Source of the DNA: Candidatus Omnitrophota bacterium
Lineage (GTDB): Bacteria > Omnitrophota > Omnitrophia > Omnitrophales > Aquincolibacteriaceae
Direction of reading: 5' to 3'
DNA length: 64,000 bases
Assembly (NCBI GenBank): GCA_030698625.1
Contig: JAUYMS010000011.1
Coordinates: 4,373 to 68,372 of the forward strand
Position numbers and translations under genes: made by a program
In this document: one piece after another, positions 39,801 through 47,107 of the stretch
Layout of the letters: each line of letters begins with the position of its first letter
How positions within the stretch are numbered: the first letter of the stretch is position 1
Notes under the pieces: generated by a model
The model's database searches: none
The model's input: the letters and a program-made list of their open reading frames with translations, nothing else
Told to the model about the DNA's origin: nothing

Positions 39801-40492
39801 AGGGCCTTGCCCAGTTCCTCCACGACACCGCCGTCTCTTTCTTTCCGATCCAAGGCGTTCAGATACGCCTCTCGATTTTCTACGTAGATATCATGATCCT
39901 CGACTCCATAAAGCCTTAAATTGGGACGATCCACGATGGCCAGATGCTCGGGACCCGACAGGCGGCCCATTTTTAGGAACGAGTCGGCAATATTGCGGCG
40001 GGCGGTTTGATCCGGAAAAAAAGAAAAGAACTGGGTGAAGAGATCGCCGGTTGCACCTTCTAGATTGACCAGCTCAAGTTGGTGCTCATCCGCGAAATAT
40101 TCCAGAATTTTTGCGATATTCCGCTGAGCCGCTTCATTGACATGCGCCTCTTGAATATGTACGACCAAGCGGCCGTTTGTCCCCTGGTACGCCCGTTTTA
40201 TAGCTCCGACGTCTTCGGGAATGCGGATATCCGTCAGAAGACTTCCGCCCGGACTCTCGGGAAGGGATAAGTCCGCCCCCGCGAGCGAATCCGTGTACCC
40301 GCCTGCGCCCGGGATAAGATTGATGCCCTCCGCCCAGACCACCTGAGTTCCGATAAAAGCGATAACCGTAAGCAGGGCAATACCGCGCAGATAGAGGCGT
40401 TTTCGATTGTAATGTAGATTTCGCATAGTCCTCGCTGATAAAAGCGATGTGAAAGGATACCCAACACTTTGAACTTTGTCAAATCTTTGCAT
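33854..40492 (-). CDS. giant (2212 aa) multi-pass membrane protein of unknown function: N-terminal signal-anchor, about 850-aa soluble region, central polytopic TM block (about nt 37270-37860), about 1150-aa C-terminal soluble region
   Basis: Single uninterrupted 6.6-kb ORF. Hydrophobic helices in the N-terminal anchor (LRGIALLTVIAFIGTQVVWA) and in the central block (LLYKILTAIAATTFGLTLGVG..., IFLQVVPLIAVTGIMLGLLPALF..., LTVFIELWIGLTTVSFVYLTISMV, VIPAAIAAVAVGIALW). No P-loop, HEXXH, GGDEF, kinase or other catalytic signature was recognised. Alternative start at internal MRNLHYNRK. Confidence 0.7.
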   Translation of the reverse strand: MQRFDKVQSVGYPFTSLLSARTMRNLHYNRKRLYLRGIALLTVIAFIGTQVVWAEGINLIPGAGGYTDSLAGADLSLPESPGGSLLTDIRIPEDVGAIKRAYQGTNGRLVVHIQEAHVNEAAQRNIAKILEYFADEHQLELVNLEGATGDLFTQFFSFFPDQTARRNIADSFLKMGRLSGPEHLAIVDRPNLRLYGVEDHDIYVENREAYLNALDRKERDGGVVEELGKALEDVGRFIYSKEFRDLELHRRAFRDGGRQLVSYSRYLVEVARSKNISIEGYYGIQQLLELVDSEQEIRFENIEDELKEFTQALERTLSGERLAEFMRRTALYQSKEMKRSDYYAYLSLELEQLPASQDESLYENVLRYLRYVQQYDNIGAGVFEEINLLERSVKNSLLRNAEEGRLDHLSEIYEVVEKMFNFALTESDIELFYAFRNEFNGKTFRQFLAPIMKRYRFSYELPSKLERIDGDLAGVERFYDAALRRDQVLVENTLAKIEANGETISALVSGGFHTPGIERALRDKGYSYVVITPRITGEIDKARESELYESALRQEHIPLEKLLVESLFPAGTSELNDPRFQLSVERTVLDLDRLLSFLNLSRRGRGAERALATYAPESLAVTLAYMIVAESIFRQRNLGGALEAMSKTARSELREEERDAVELMLERVVHAAYEDRGANGGTLYMRSPTGIAGFARFPAEDRSGARNVLGAGRTTAAMDMPLNDGAHLYAQNDIPDYLLPSGILDRLGPGTGEPALVWMDDRSKGRPVGEDEATDALIQMTEAAVTGLVERHREADAEDVLTSGELLAAKQEMIAVLRELRQGGIINDATEAFLLDRLAGIGVRAATAIVERVSAEYFRTQQEIADQKAQFHESLLYKILTAIAATTFGLTLGVGPTALTEGTLLQTVVAGISAGTFMVDMSVLVSLYVRIYLRARGVKLIEMFDRAAALEAAGAAQEPAAAEPESRMPSRPFSQTAAEIFLQVVPLIAVTGIMLGLLPALFSGNVMLTVFIELWIGLTTVSFVYLTISMVNGTPANSSPWRVNRSELRSDTNRSTLRLKLREVIPAAIAAVAVGIALWNSSPNPELGPREREEQTRAVVEKIVREEIAHALAAELPKAAEAREDQPGPLDAATVRAIVQEVLGEVGKVADKEAKKVDVVTSAPRMLRTIPATEEEKREIWGGEDPPALLNMTPNEIAARAGDYTEDQWRYLIRHHPEGKKFIETYGDFEFNVVHVMHRYMPADRQAEYEIVKPELEKLFEELKKLGLPDANEESEDYDARYFNLRDWYANFFVKVFAVHGRKDQTAAQFIAYIRQNLKTVQVGEASFRPYRKYLIDRYLSPLEWRLHERPWRDNRQDLGLALSSLRFELGWAIEHAALDVHADRFPVRYSIRTGDFGRRNFNIDIEQDRFAFLREHGLNPDARSLLMGTEKKGPFMQWRRARYRSIRANDQLGSMGSSYGAAPSYGLIRDQVRQIVLEHWKPSMLLFQPPQGIINFTNDDGFSWGEFTASGYRGSFSSTVATPGTAPREFTINKQTSVVGGTPGMPGMLTFNPDISATGHNPFTLTAVEELTSDLVFMLLQYPETWSEKDWPNLTDVSNAGKLVFLLDGLNALIAARVDDGTGNGPRVLAEHGRPDYGDWMMDVYLEGHLNASIHGTTGPNADRSLSPAGRAVVDRLAVELRDHFDNFPEEYREILQVPILRHEYLKALNESYKDPNFTSDYGSKEDAARDLDLARYELNVWGGQLIRNFVTKIALVEAADGLRDGETYAQVTERVETKTRIHAAIGVFLGHPLQIHDEFDSGRLSAMVEEVLKKRQIPEELWSALLVSLAPKPGVNGNETNKIRLQAQVLFNTITGQDIKAFDVESEEIGPLHTSLLMWWAIQAKNDADFDKWMAIVGDREKLAKVIELANRKRISYFQIPTFSVEDLLDPEAKGNYHSDVISLVEAFFKSEKEWGVWLGDEEKDLKAVEERTRGPQRSELRTVNAMALAVREVSLIRDDVLLRQMLTALLPRESSALEALIQSSVVEMAQLKFGINERVLVPSSGYYVYIYDGTKQSLERVGQLASRFETMPKGFKLLVAVSVNRNLDDRIRLKEELEQAAEENKYAANDSFKIADFEAVDWRLGNELESRSKEVGIAASEIFNITDTGASIAHTRLVDAAYLGAVPLVLRVGIVLAGEDQHIRTEYEMSIGEILATSAFAAEYLSAAA

Positions 40493-40568
40493 ATGTATTT
40501 TATTTGTCTATGTCCGATAACGTCATTTGCAACAGAGAGCATGGGCGATCTTGGGCTGGCAACGACTA

Positions 40569-40895
40569 CTAAGAGCTACTCGTGGGAGAAATACCCTCTT
40601 CGGGTGTGGATTTATTGGCGTTTTCCAAGTCGGCGATCCTCGATTTCATATCTTTCTGTTCGCTTCTGAGCCGAGAAATCTCTTCATCCTTTTCCTTCAT
40701 AATCTTAGTCGTCTCGGCGTTCGCATCGCTAGAAACTTCATCGAGTCTTTGGCTAAGCCGCTTCTCTTCGCTGCGAAAACGGCGGAATTGCATAATAATG
40801 GTGCTCGCGCTGCTCAAGGCAAACCCCAAGGCAACGCAGATAATCAACAGAATGACATTCGATAAAAGATCAACATAGAGAGCCTGACTTTCCAT
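40569..40895 (-). CDS. small bitopic membrane protein with coiled-coil (FtsB/DivIC-like topology), hypothetical
   Basis: N-terminal TM (LLSNVILLIICVALGFAL) then heptad-like charged helix (EEISRLRSEQKDMKSRIADLENAN). 108 aa. Similarity to septation proteins is in topology only. Confidence 0.4.
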   Translation of the reverse strand: MESQALYVDLLSNVILLIICVALGFALSSASTIIMQFRRFRSEEKRLSQRLDEVSSDANAETTKIMKEKDEEISRLRSEQKDMKSRIADLENANKSTPEEGISPTSSS

Positions 40896-40905
40896 ACTTA
40901 TGACC

Positions 40906-41592
40906 TCATGCGTTTTCAGACCGCAGTGTCTTCCGGGTGTCTACATTCCAAACCATGCGAGACGCAAAATAACGGTTGATGAGACCGACGCTCCAAACCC
41001 ACCCGGCAATCAATACCGGCAAGATCATCGCCGCAACCACGGTCGCCTTCAATGCCGCACTGCGGCGCAAGTTCAAGGACTGTTCACATTCCGCTTCAAT
41101 GATGACGCGAATAGACTTCATATCCTCTCGGTAGATCTCCTTTTGCTCGTCATAGGTTTCGCCGAAAACAAGCGGGTCGGCGAGCTCCGCCTTGCCCTCC
41201 CCGACGTAGGCAAAGGCGCCGGCTTCCCATTCGGCAAGCTTCTTTCGGGCCTCCTGAACGCGTTCCGCTACCGGAGTCTGAAATGCCCTCGGCGCGACTC
41301 GCCTCACGTTTATCAGAAGAGCTTCACGCTCAATCGATAATTGCCGATAGCGTGCCTCTAACTGAACATTTGCCGTCACGACCGCCGAGCGCGACAAGAC
41401 GGTCATGAGTTCATCCAAGTACGCGGCTTGCTCAAAGGTTGTCTGCAAATGCCGGTCCTGAAACTTGGCCGTACGAAACCCCCAGTAAGTTGTTCCCACA
41501 ATGGCCGCGAGCACGGTCGTCAGCAAGATGATAACGGCAAGAAGACCCATCTGTATTTTTGCGCGGACAGGGCCGATGTTCATTGCGCCCAT
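40906..41592 (-). CDS. two-TM membrane protein with helical periplasmic/extracytoplasmic domain (sensor-domain-like), hypothetical
   Basis: TM1 (LLAVIILLTTVLAAIVG), about 150-aa helical region, TM2 (VVAAMILPVLIAGWVWSVGLI). No output domain. 228 aa. Confidence 0.45.
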   Translation of the reverse strand: MGAMNIGPVRAKIQMGLLAVIILLTTVLAAIVGTTYWGFRTAKFQDRHLQTTFEQAAYLDELMTVLSRSAVVTANVQLEARYRQLSIEREALLINVRRVAPRAFQTPVAERVQEARKKLAEWEAGAFAYVGEGKAELADPLVFGETYDEQKEIYREDMKSIRVIIEAECEQSLNLRRSAALKATVVAAMILPVLIAGWVWSVGLINRYFASRMVWNVDTRKTLRSENA

Positions 41593-41599
41593 GAGGGTC

Positions 41600-42778
41600 T
41601 TAGGAGAAGGCTACGCCCAAATGCTGAAGCTGAAGTGTTTTCCACTGTTCGCGGGTCTCTTTGAAATGGGCTTTGGCAGCTTCCCGGCGTTGGAGCGCGG
41701 CCTTTCGGATATCTTCCGAATGGCGGGAAATACGCTCATACAAAACACTCTGATATTCCTTCGCCGCTCCTTCCCACGCCAAAAGCCGCCGCCTTAGCTG
41801 ACCGTAGTGCTCCGTAAGGTAGCCGTGAACCATATCCAATTGGGGATGATCCGCCATCAGTTTGAGCGACTTCTGGGCCCGCTGATTTTCTGCGGCAAGC
41901 TTTGCATCAAGAATGCGGAAGTGAGACACACGCTTCAAGTCACGCGTCCAGCCCAGTCGTGAAGAAAGCGCAATAAACCATTTGCTCGGGTCCCAGTGAT
42001 ACCACTTGACCCCGTTGCGGTAGTCGCTCGGAAAACGGTGATGAAAATTGTGATAGCCCTCGCCGAAGGTCAGCATCGCCACGAACCAATGATCTTTCGC
42101 CGTAGACTCAATATCGTATGTCGGCTTGCCGAATTTATGGCATACCGAATTTATACAAAAAGTGCTTTGATGGACAAAAAACATGCGCAGGCAAACCACG
42201 AGTATAAAAGCCCCGCCCGGCCTGCCGCTGAGAAAACCAAGCATCACCGGCAAGAGGACACCCGCGCCGATCGCCCAAAGAGCGTAAAAACGATGCTGGT
42301 TGACCACCATCGCGGACTTCTGCAGGTCCTTCACATTGTCATAATTCGTATTCCGGTGCCAGAACATGAGCCATCCCACATGCGCGTGGAAAAAACCCTG
42401 CTTGATGTTGTACGGATCCCGTTCGGTGTCTACATAGAGGTGATGATCTCTGTGTTGTGAAGCCCACTTGAGAGCCGACTGTTCGAATGCCGCCCCGCCG
42501 AAAAAGAGGATAAGGAATTGCAGGATGGGGTTTGCTTTAAAGCTCTGATGTGCGAATAGTCGATGATACCCTACCGTGATGCCCATCGCGGTGGCACTCG
42601 CAAAAGCGACCATGAGCAGGATTTCGATTAATGTTATGCCGTGCCGGGCAATGTAAATGGGCGTCCCGACAACTCCGACAAGGCTCGTGCCGAAGAGAAA
42701 TAGAATCATCGGCCATGAGTTCTTGCGTTGATAAGTTGTTTTTCCTAATTCATTATCCATAAGTTGTCTCCCTGCCAT
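41600..42778 (-). CDS. membrane acyl-CoA/acyl-lipid Delta9-type fatty acid desaturase (stearoyl-CoA desaturase family) with about 100-aa C-terminal extension
   Basis: Three His boxes in canonical order and spacing: HRLFAHQSF, HRDHHLYVDTERDPYN, and GEGYHNFHHRFPSDY. 4 TM helices. 392 aa. Confidence 0.85.
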   Translation of the reverse strand: MAGRQLMDNELGKTTYQRKNSWPMILFLFGTSLVGVVGTPIYIARHGITLIEILLMVAFASATAMGITVGYHRLFAHQSFKANPILQFLILFFGGAAFEQSALKWASQHRDHHLYVDTERDPYNIKQGFFHAHVGWLMFWHRNTNYDNVKDLQKSAMVVNQHRFYALWAIGAGVLLPVMLGFLSGRPGGAFILVVCLRMFFVHQSTFCINSVCHKFGKPTYDIESTAKDHWFVAMLTFGEGYHNFHHRFPSDYRNGVKWYHWDPSKWFIALSSRLGWTRDLKRVSHFRILDAKLAAENQRAQKSLKLMADHPQLDMVHGYLTEHYGQLRRRLLAWEGAAKEYQSVLYERISRHSEDIRKAALQRREAAKAHFKETREQWKTLQLQHLGVAFS

Positions 42779-42826
42779 ACATCGGCAAAATGAAAGGATC
42801 CTGAAGGTTGTCGCAACCGGGCCAGC

Positions 42827-44449
42827 CTATCCGGCTGTCTCGGCAAACTCGTGCTCAACACCGGAGCCGGTACTTGGCATCCCCAACGGTTTGGGAACTC
42901 GCTTAAACGGGGGATCCGCCGGAGATACGCCTTCCGGGTCGCCGTGCATCTCGAAGACGTACTGCCTAAAGGCCCGATACGTGGCAATCCACCGAAAAAA
43001 TTCCAGCCACTTTCCTACGGAGTGGGGACTTCCTGTCGCCACACGCCAAAATGAGCTCAGGAAGAGCTTCCGGCGTGCCCTGTCCGTTGTAAAAATATAG
43101 TAACCGATCACCTTGAACAACAACTTCGTGAATCCCCAATCCAAAGCAGCGCGTTTGTGTTCCTTGTGCAAATTCTGGAAGCGGTTCATCGACGTTACGA
43201 GCCGGTCGCCAAAACTATCATAGCGATAGAGACAGCGAATCAACCAGTTGTAACCGATGCGCAGCTCTTCGAGCGTCATGAGCTTGGGAATAAAATTACA
43301 ATCCGCGGCTCCGTGCCCGTTCATTTCCGCCCACTCCATATCCAATATACGGCCTTCGCTTTCAAGGCGCTTCATCAGCGGCGTGTTCGGTAAGGCCATG
43401 AGTGTGCCGCAAGTCGTAAACGGGATGCCCAATTCCTTCAAATATTCGTATTGCTCCTGGAAGATAAGGGTATCGTCGGAATCAAACCCTACGATCATGC
43501 CCGCCATCACCGATATGTGATGGGCGTGAATGCGCGCAATGTCTTCCACCATATCCTTGCGCGTGTTCTGCAGCTTCTTGGTCTCCATAAGACTCTCGCG
43601 GCGCGGCGACTCAATCCCGATAAAAACCGAATAGAAATTCGCATCCTGGAGCAGCTTTAGGAGATCCGGCTGATGAGCCACGTTGATCGTCAACTCACAG
43701 ACAAATTCAATGGGATACCCTCGTTCCTTCTGATAGGCCACCAAGGCATGAAGCAATTTGCGGGCGAAAGGAATATTGCCGATAAAATTCGCATCCCCAA
43801 AAAGAATGTAATGGGCCCCCTGCTCAAGGCAGTGATCCACCTCGGCGATAATCTGCTCCACGGTTTTCACACGCGGCACGCGCCCGTCCATGACGATGAT
43901 ATCGCAAAATTCGCAAGCAAACGGGCAGCCCCGGCTCGTCTGCAGCGTATAAAGGTTGTAGTACTTCCCCTTAATCAAATCATAACGGGGAATCGGGCTG
44001 GTCTCGAGATTGATCTTCGTGTCGGCGGCAATGTAATGCTCACGCGCGGTGCCCTTCTCAAAGTCGCGCAAAAATTCCGGCCAGGTTTCCTCTGCCTCTC
44101 CCTGAATGCGATAGCCCCCCCGGTCCTTGTAGGCCTCCGGGAACAAGCTGCAATACGGCCCGCCGAAAACCACGGCCTTGCCGCGCTTTTGAAACTCGCG
44201 TGCGATTTCCAGCGACCGCTGATACTGAACATTAAATGCCGTAATGCCTATGAGATCCGCATCCGTATCAAAATTTATGGCTTCCACGTTTTCGTCGACA
44301 ATCTCGACATCCCAGTGGGAGGGAGTCAGGGCGGCAATGGTGGCAAGCCCTAAGGGCGGAGTCAAGAAACGCGTACCCGTGAAGGGTCTGAGGCCTTCGA
44401 AGGACCAGATCGTCGGATTAAAGAGAGGGTTGACGAGATAGACTTTCAA
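42827..44449 (-). CDS. B12-binding-domain radical SAM enzyme (class B rSAM), paralog 2
   Basis: N-terminal cobalamin-binding Rossmann-like region (MKVYLVNP...GITAF). rSAM cluster SRGCPFACEFCDI. Long C-terminal region. 540 aa. Separated by 48 nt from the desaturase gene on the same strand. Confidence 0.85.
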   Translation of the reverse strand: MKVYLVNPLFNPTIWSFEGLRPFTGTRFLTPPLGLATIAALTPSHWDVEIVDENVEAINFDTDADLIGITAFNVQYQRSLEIAREFQKRGKAVVFGGPYCSLFPEAYKDRGGYRIQGEAEETWPEFLRDFEKGTAREHYIAADTKINLETSPIPRYDLIKGKYYNLYTLQTSRGCPFACEFCDIIVMDGRVPRVKTVEQIIAEVDHCLEQGAHYILFGDANFIGNIPFARKLLHALVAYQKERGYPIEFVCELTINVAHQPDLLKLLQDANFYSVFIGIESPRRESLMETKKLQNTRKDMVEDIARIHAHHISVMAGMIVGFDSDDTLIFQEQYEYLKELGIPFTTCGTLMALPNTPLMKRLESEGRILDMEWAEMNGHGAADCNFIPKLMTLEELRIGYNWLIRCLYRYDSFGDRLVTSMNRFQNLHKEHKRAALDWGFTKLLFKVIGYYIFTTDRARRKLFLSSFWRVATGSPHSVGKWLEFFRWIATYRAFRQYVFEMHGDPEGVSPADPPFKRVPKPLGMPSTGSGVEHEFAETAG

Positions 44450-44452
44450 AAA

Positions 44453-46183
44453 TTAGATCGCAATCGCTTTTTGAGCCGGCTTCACGGAGACAATCGGTTT
44501 CTCAGTGACAACAGGTTCGGGTTTTATAGCATCGTCCATGTAATCTGCGTTTTCAGGTAAATCAGCTTCCCGCTTTAACCGCCATATCGCCCAGACCGTC
44601 TTCAGAAGCCGCGCTGAGTATACCACGTTATCGACTAAACGCTTTGCATAATAAGGTATAAAGGCTTCTCTCGGCATTCCCCTACGACGATTGCGGCGGC
44701 CCTTGAGACGGAAAAACCCGCCGAGCAGCGGATGAGTGTCTTCGAGAAAAACGCTCGCGCAGAACCAGATAAGTGAGGAAAACAATATTTTTCGGCGCGG
44801 GCCCTTTCGCCTCAAGAGCAGCGTACGCAGGTGATCCTTACCATAGAAGGTTTTCCAGGCATCATCATAAGCCCGCCTCAGTTCCTCGTTAGTCATCTTC
44901 GGATGCTTCGTACACACGTGCATGGTATCGTAGTTGTTTGTGTCCGGGTCCATGGGCACTTTATCGAGATAATATTTCTGGTGATCCTTGGAGCCCGGCA
45001 GCGGTGTCATAATAAAGAACTCGGCGAGGTCGAGGGGAATTTCGCGTTTGAGGAATTCCACATCTCTCATAATGGATTCGTAAGTGTCACCGGGAAATCC
45101 AAGAATGTATCCCGCATAGGTTAACGCCCCGTGATCCCTCCAGGCCTGCAGCATCTTCTTGTACTCTTTCAATTGATTCTGATATTTCCCCGTATCCCTT
45201 AGATTGTCGGGATTCACCGTTTCAAGACCGATGAACACCCGCCGCACCCCGGCATGGGTTGTCTTTTCGATAAAACGAGGAATCTTGTGCGCGACGGTGT
45301 CCGTCTGGATCATGAGGGAACAACGGATGCCCTCTTCCTCTTTGAGGTAAATCAACCGGTCTGCAATGGCTTCCCAATCTTTGTGGCGCGCAAAGTTGTC
45401 ATCGGTAATAAAAATATGCTTTCCGCCGGTGGCATGGTTATGCCGCACGAGCTTTTCGATGTCGTCGGCATCGCGGCCCCGCATGGTGTTTCCCTGGATA
45501 TTAATGATCGTACAGAAGGAGCAATGGAACGGGCATCCCCTGCCCGCATCGAAGCTTGTTTGCCGGTTCAGAAATCGGTCCATCGTTGCTTTTGGAAGCT
45601 GAGGTCCCGGAACCCCCACCAACGCCGGCTTATCATTGACCAAGTCGTAAACCGGCTCTAAACGTCCTTCATAGGCGGCTTTGAGGAGCTCGCCCCACTT
45701 AGCCTCAACTTCGCCCGCCACAAGGGTAATGCCGTTGTCGATCGCCTCTTGAATCTCGGGCGGCCTGTCAGGCAGCATCTCGATACATCCCGAGACATGA
45801 AATCCCCCGATCATGCTCGGTATCCCGCCACCCTTGAATTCAAGGGCCATGTCCAGGCCCCTGGCATATTGATTTGTTTGCACCCCGACCATGCAGGCGA
45901 TCGCCTTATCGCCCGATTTGCGGATTTCACGGCAGATTTTTGCCACCGGCACCTTCTGGACGGTCTCATCAATACAGTGTATGACGGGTTCCACGTCCGG
46001 GCCGAGGGCCCCGGCGGCACACGCATTCTGGGTCAGAGCATGCAGACAGGCCAATGAGTTACTGGTAATGACACCTCGCCACCAGCGTATGACATAGCCA
46101 TCGTCGTCATACTTAGACGGCTTGATCAATATGACGTGAAATCGCCTTTTGGGACTATTTTTCTGCATTAATGATTTCCCCAC
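44453..46183 (-). CDS. B12-binding-domain radical SAM enzyme (class B rSAM), paralog 1
   Basis: B12-binding region, then rSAM cluster GRGCPFHCSFCTI. FIGLETVNPDNL and GFPGDT blocks typical of the family. 576 aa. Separated by 3 nt from paralog 2. Confidence 0.85.
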   Translation of the reverse strand: MGKSLMQKNSPKRRFHVILIKPSKYDDDGYVIRWWRGVITSNSLACLHALTQNACAAGALGPDVEPVIHCIDETVQKVPVAKICREIRKSGDKAIACMVGVQTNQYARGLDMALEFKGGGIPSMIGGFHVSGCIEMLPDRPPEIQEAIDNGITLVAGEVEAKWGELLKAAYEGRLEPVYDLVNDKPALVGVPGPQLPKATMDRFLNRQTSFDAGRGCPFHCSFCTIINIQGNTMRGRDADDIEKLVRHNHATGGKHIFITDDNFARHKDWEAIADRLIYLKEEEGIRCSLMIQTDTVAHKIPRFIEKTTHAGVRRVFIGLETVNPDNLRDTGKYQNQLKEYKKMLQAWRDHGALTYAGYILGFPGDTYESIMRDVEFLKREIPLDLAEFFIMTPLPGSKDHQKYYLDKVPMDPDTNNYDTMHVCTKHPKMTNEELRRAYDDAWKTFYGKDHLRTLLLRRKGPRRKILFSSLIWFCASVFLEDTHPLLGGFFRLKGRRNRRRGMPREAFIPYYAKRLVDNVVYSARLLKTVWAIWRLKREADLPENADYMDDAIKPEPVVTEKPIVSVKPAQKAIAI

Positions 46184-46310
46184 CCCTGACTAGTAAGAAG
46201 AATGCGGTTAATGTATCATTTACAATGGATAATAGCAACGACACAGTCGGCCGATCAGGCCGCATTTAAAAATGCAATCTATTCGCTTCTAAAGGGTTAC
46301 GGACAATGAA

Positions 46311-46724
46311 ATGAAAAAGGGCAGCAAGAAAACCCGCGCGCGAGGAAGCTCATTCCCTCTGGCTAAACTAATCGGGATTCGTGCCCTCAGGGCCTCCCGC
46401 GGAGGTGCCGTCGCTACGATGACGGCCGCTCGCAAACACCTCAACCCCATGGGAACGGTTCACGGCGGCATTCTCTGCGACCTAGCTGATGCCGCCATGG
46501 GTTATGCCTTCATCTCCCAAATTCCTGAAAAGCAAATGGGCCTTGCCACCAGCTTCCATATCAATTTCATGCGCGCGGCACGGGTAGGAGACCGGCTGCG
46601 GGCGACCGCAAAAACCACGTCTCACGGCAAATCGATCTATTTTATGGAGTGCGTAATCAAGAACGCGACCGGAAAGATTGTGGCGACGGCATCGAGCTGC
46701 TGCAAGATACTGCAAGAGACTTAA
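46311..46724 (+). CDS. PaaI/YbgC-type hotdog-fold acyl-CoA thioesterase
   Basis: LNPMGTVHGGILCDLADAAMGYAF is the PaaI-family core motif. 137 aa. Confidence 0.75.
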   Translation: MKKGSKKTRARGSSFPLAKLIGIRALRASRGGAVATMTAARKHLNPMGTVHGGILCDLADAAMGYAFISQIPEKQMGLATSFHINFMRAARVGDRLRATAKTTSHGKSIYFMECVIKNATGKIVATASSCCKILQET

Positions 46725-46738
46725 GGGGTCCCGCCGAG

Positions 46739-47068
46739 CTATTCTTCCTTTTTAGAACCGAGGCGTTTGCGGTCCTTGGTAGGGTCGGCCGCGTCCATCT
46801 CGGCCTTCTGACCGACGGCCTTATTGGAGTCCATCTCTTCAATAATGATAATGCACGTGTTCTCCTGAAACATCACAACGCCCGCACGCAAAGGAACGGG
46901 GTCATGCCCTGCAATTTGCACCCAGCCCTCGGGAATAGCTCCCATAAGCGGAAAGTGATGGCATAGGAGCTCATATTCTCCTTCGTCGCCGGAGAGATAA
47001 ACCGATTCGACCTCGCCGTCGAATAGCATCCGAATCAGGCTCATAATCTGCAGGTGAAAAGTTTTCAT
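46739..47068 (-). CDS. ATP synthase epsilon-subunit (AtpC) N-terminal-domain-like protein, orphan, with Lys-rich tail instead of the helical hairpin
   Basis: FHLQIMSLIRMLFDGEVESVYLSGDEGEYELLCHHFPLMGAIPEGWVQI aligns position-by-position with E. coli AtpC [49 protein letters not shown]. No other atp genes in the window. Confidence 0.5.
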   Translation of the reverse strand: MKTFHLQIMSLIRMLFDGEVESVYLSGDEGEYELLCHHFPLMGAIPEGWVQIAGHDPVPLRAGVVMFQENTCIIIIEEMDSNKAVGQKAEMDAADPTKDRKRLGSKKEE

Positions 47069-47107
47069 GACACTGTAAGTATACCCGCCGCCCCTTGGGG
47101 ATACAAA

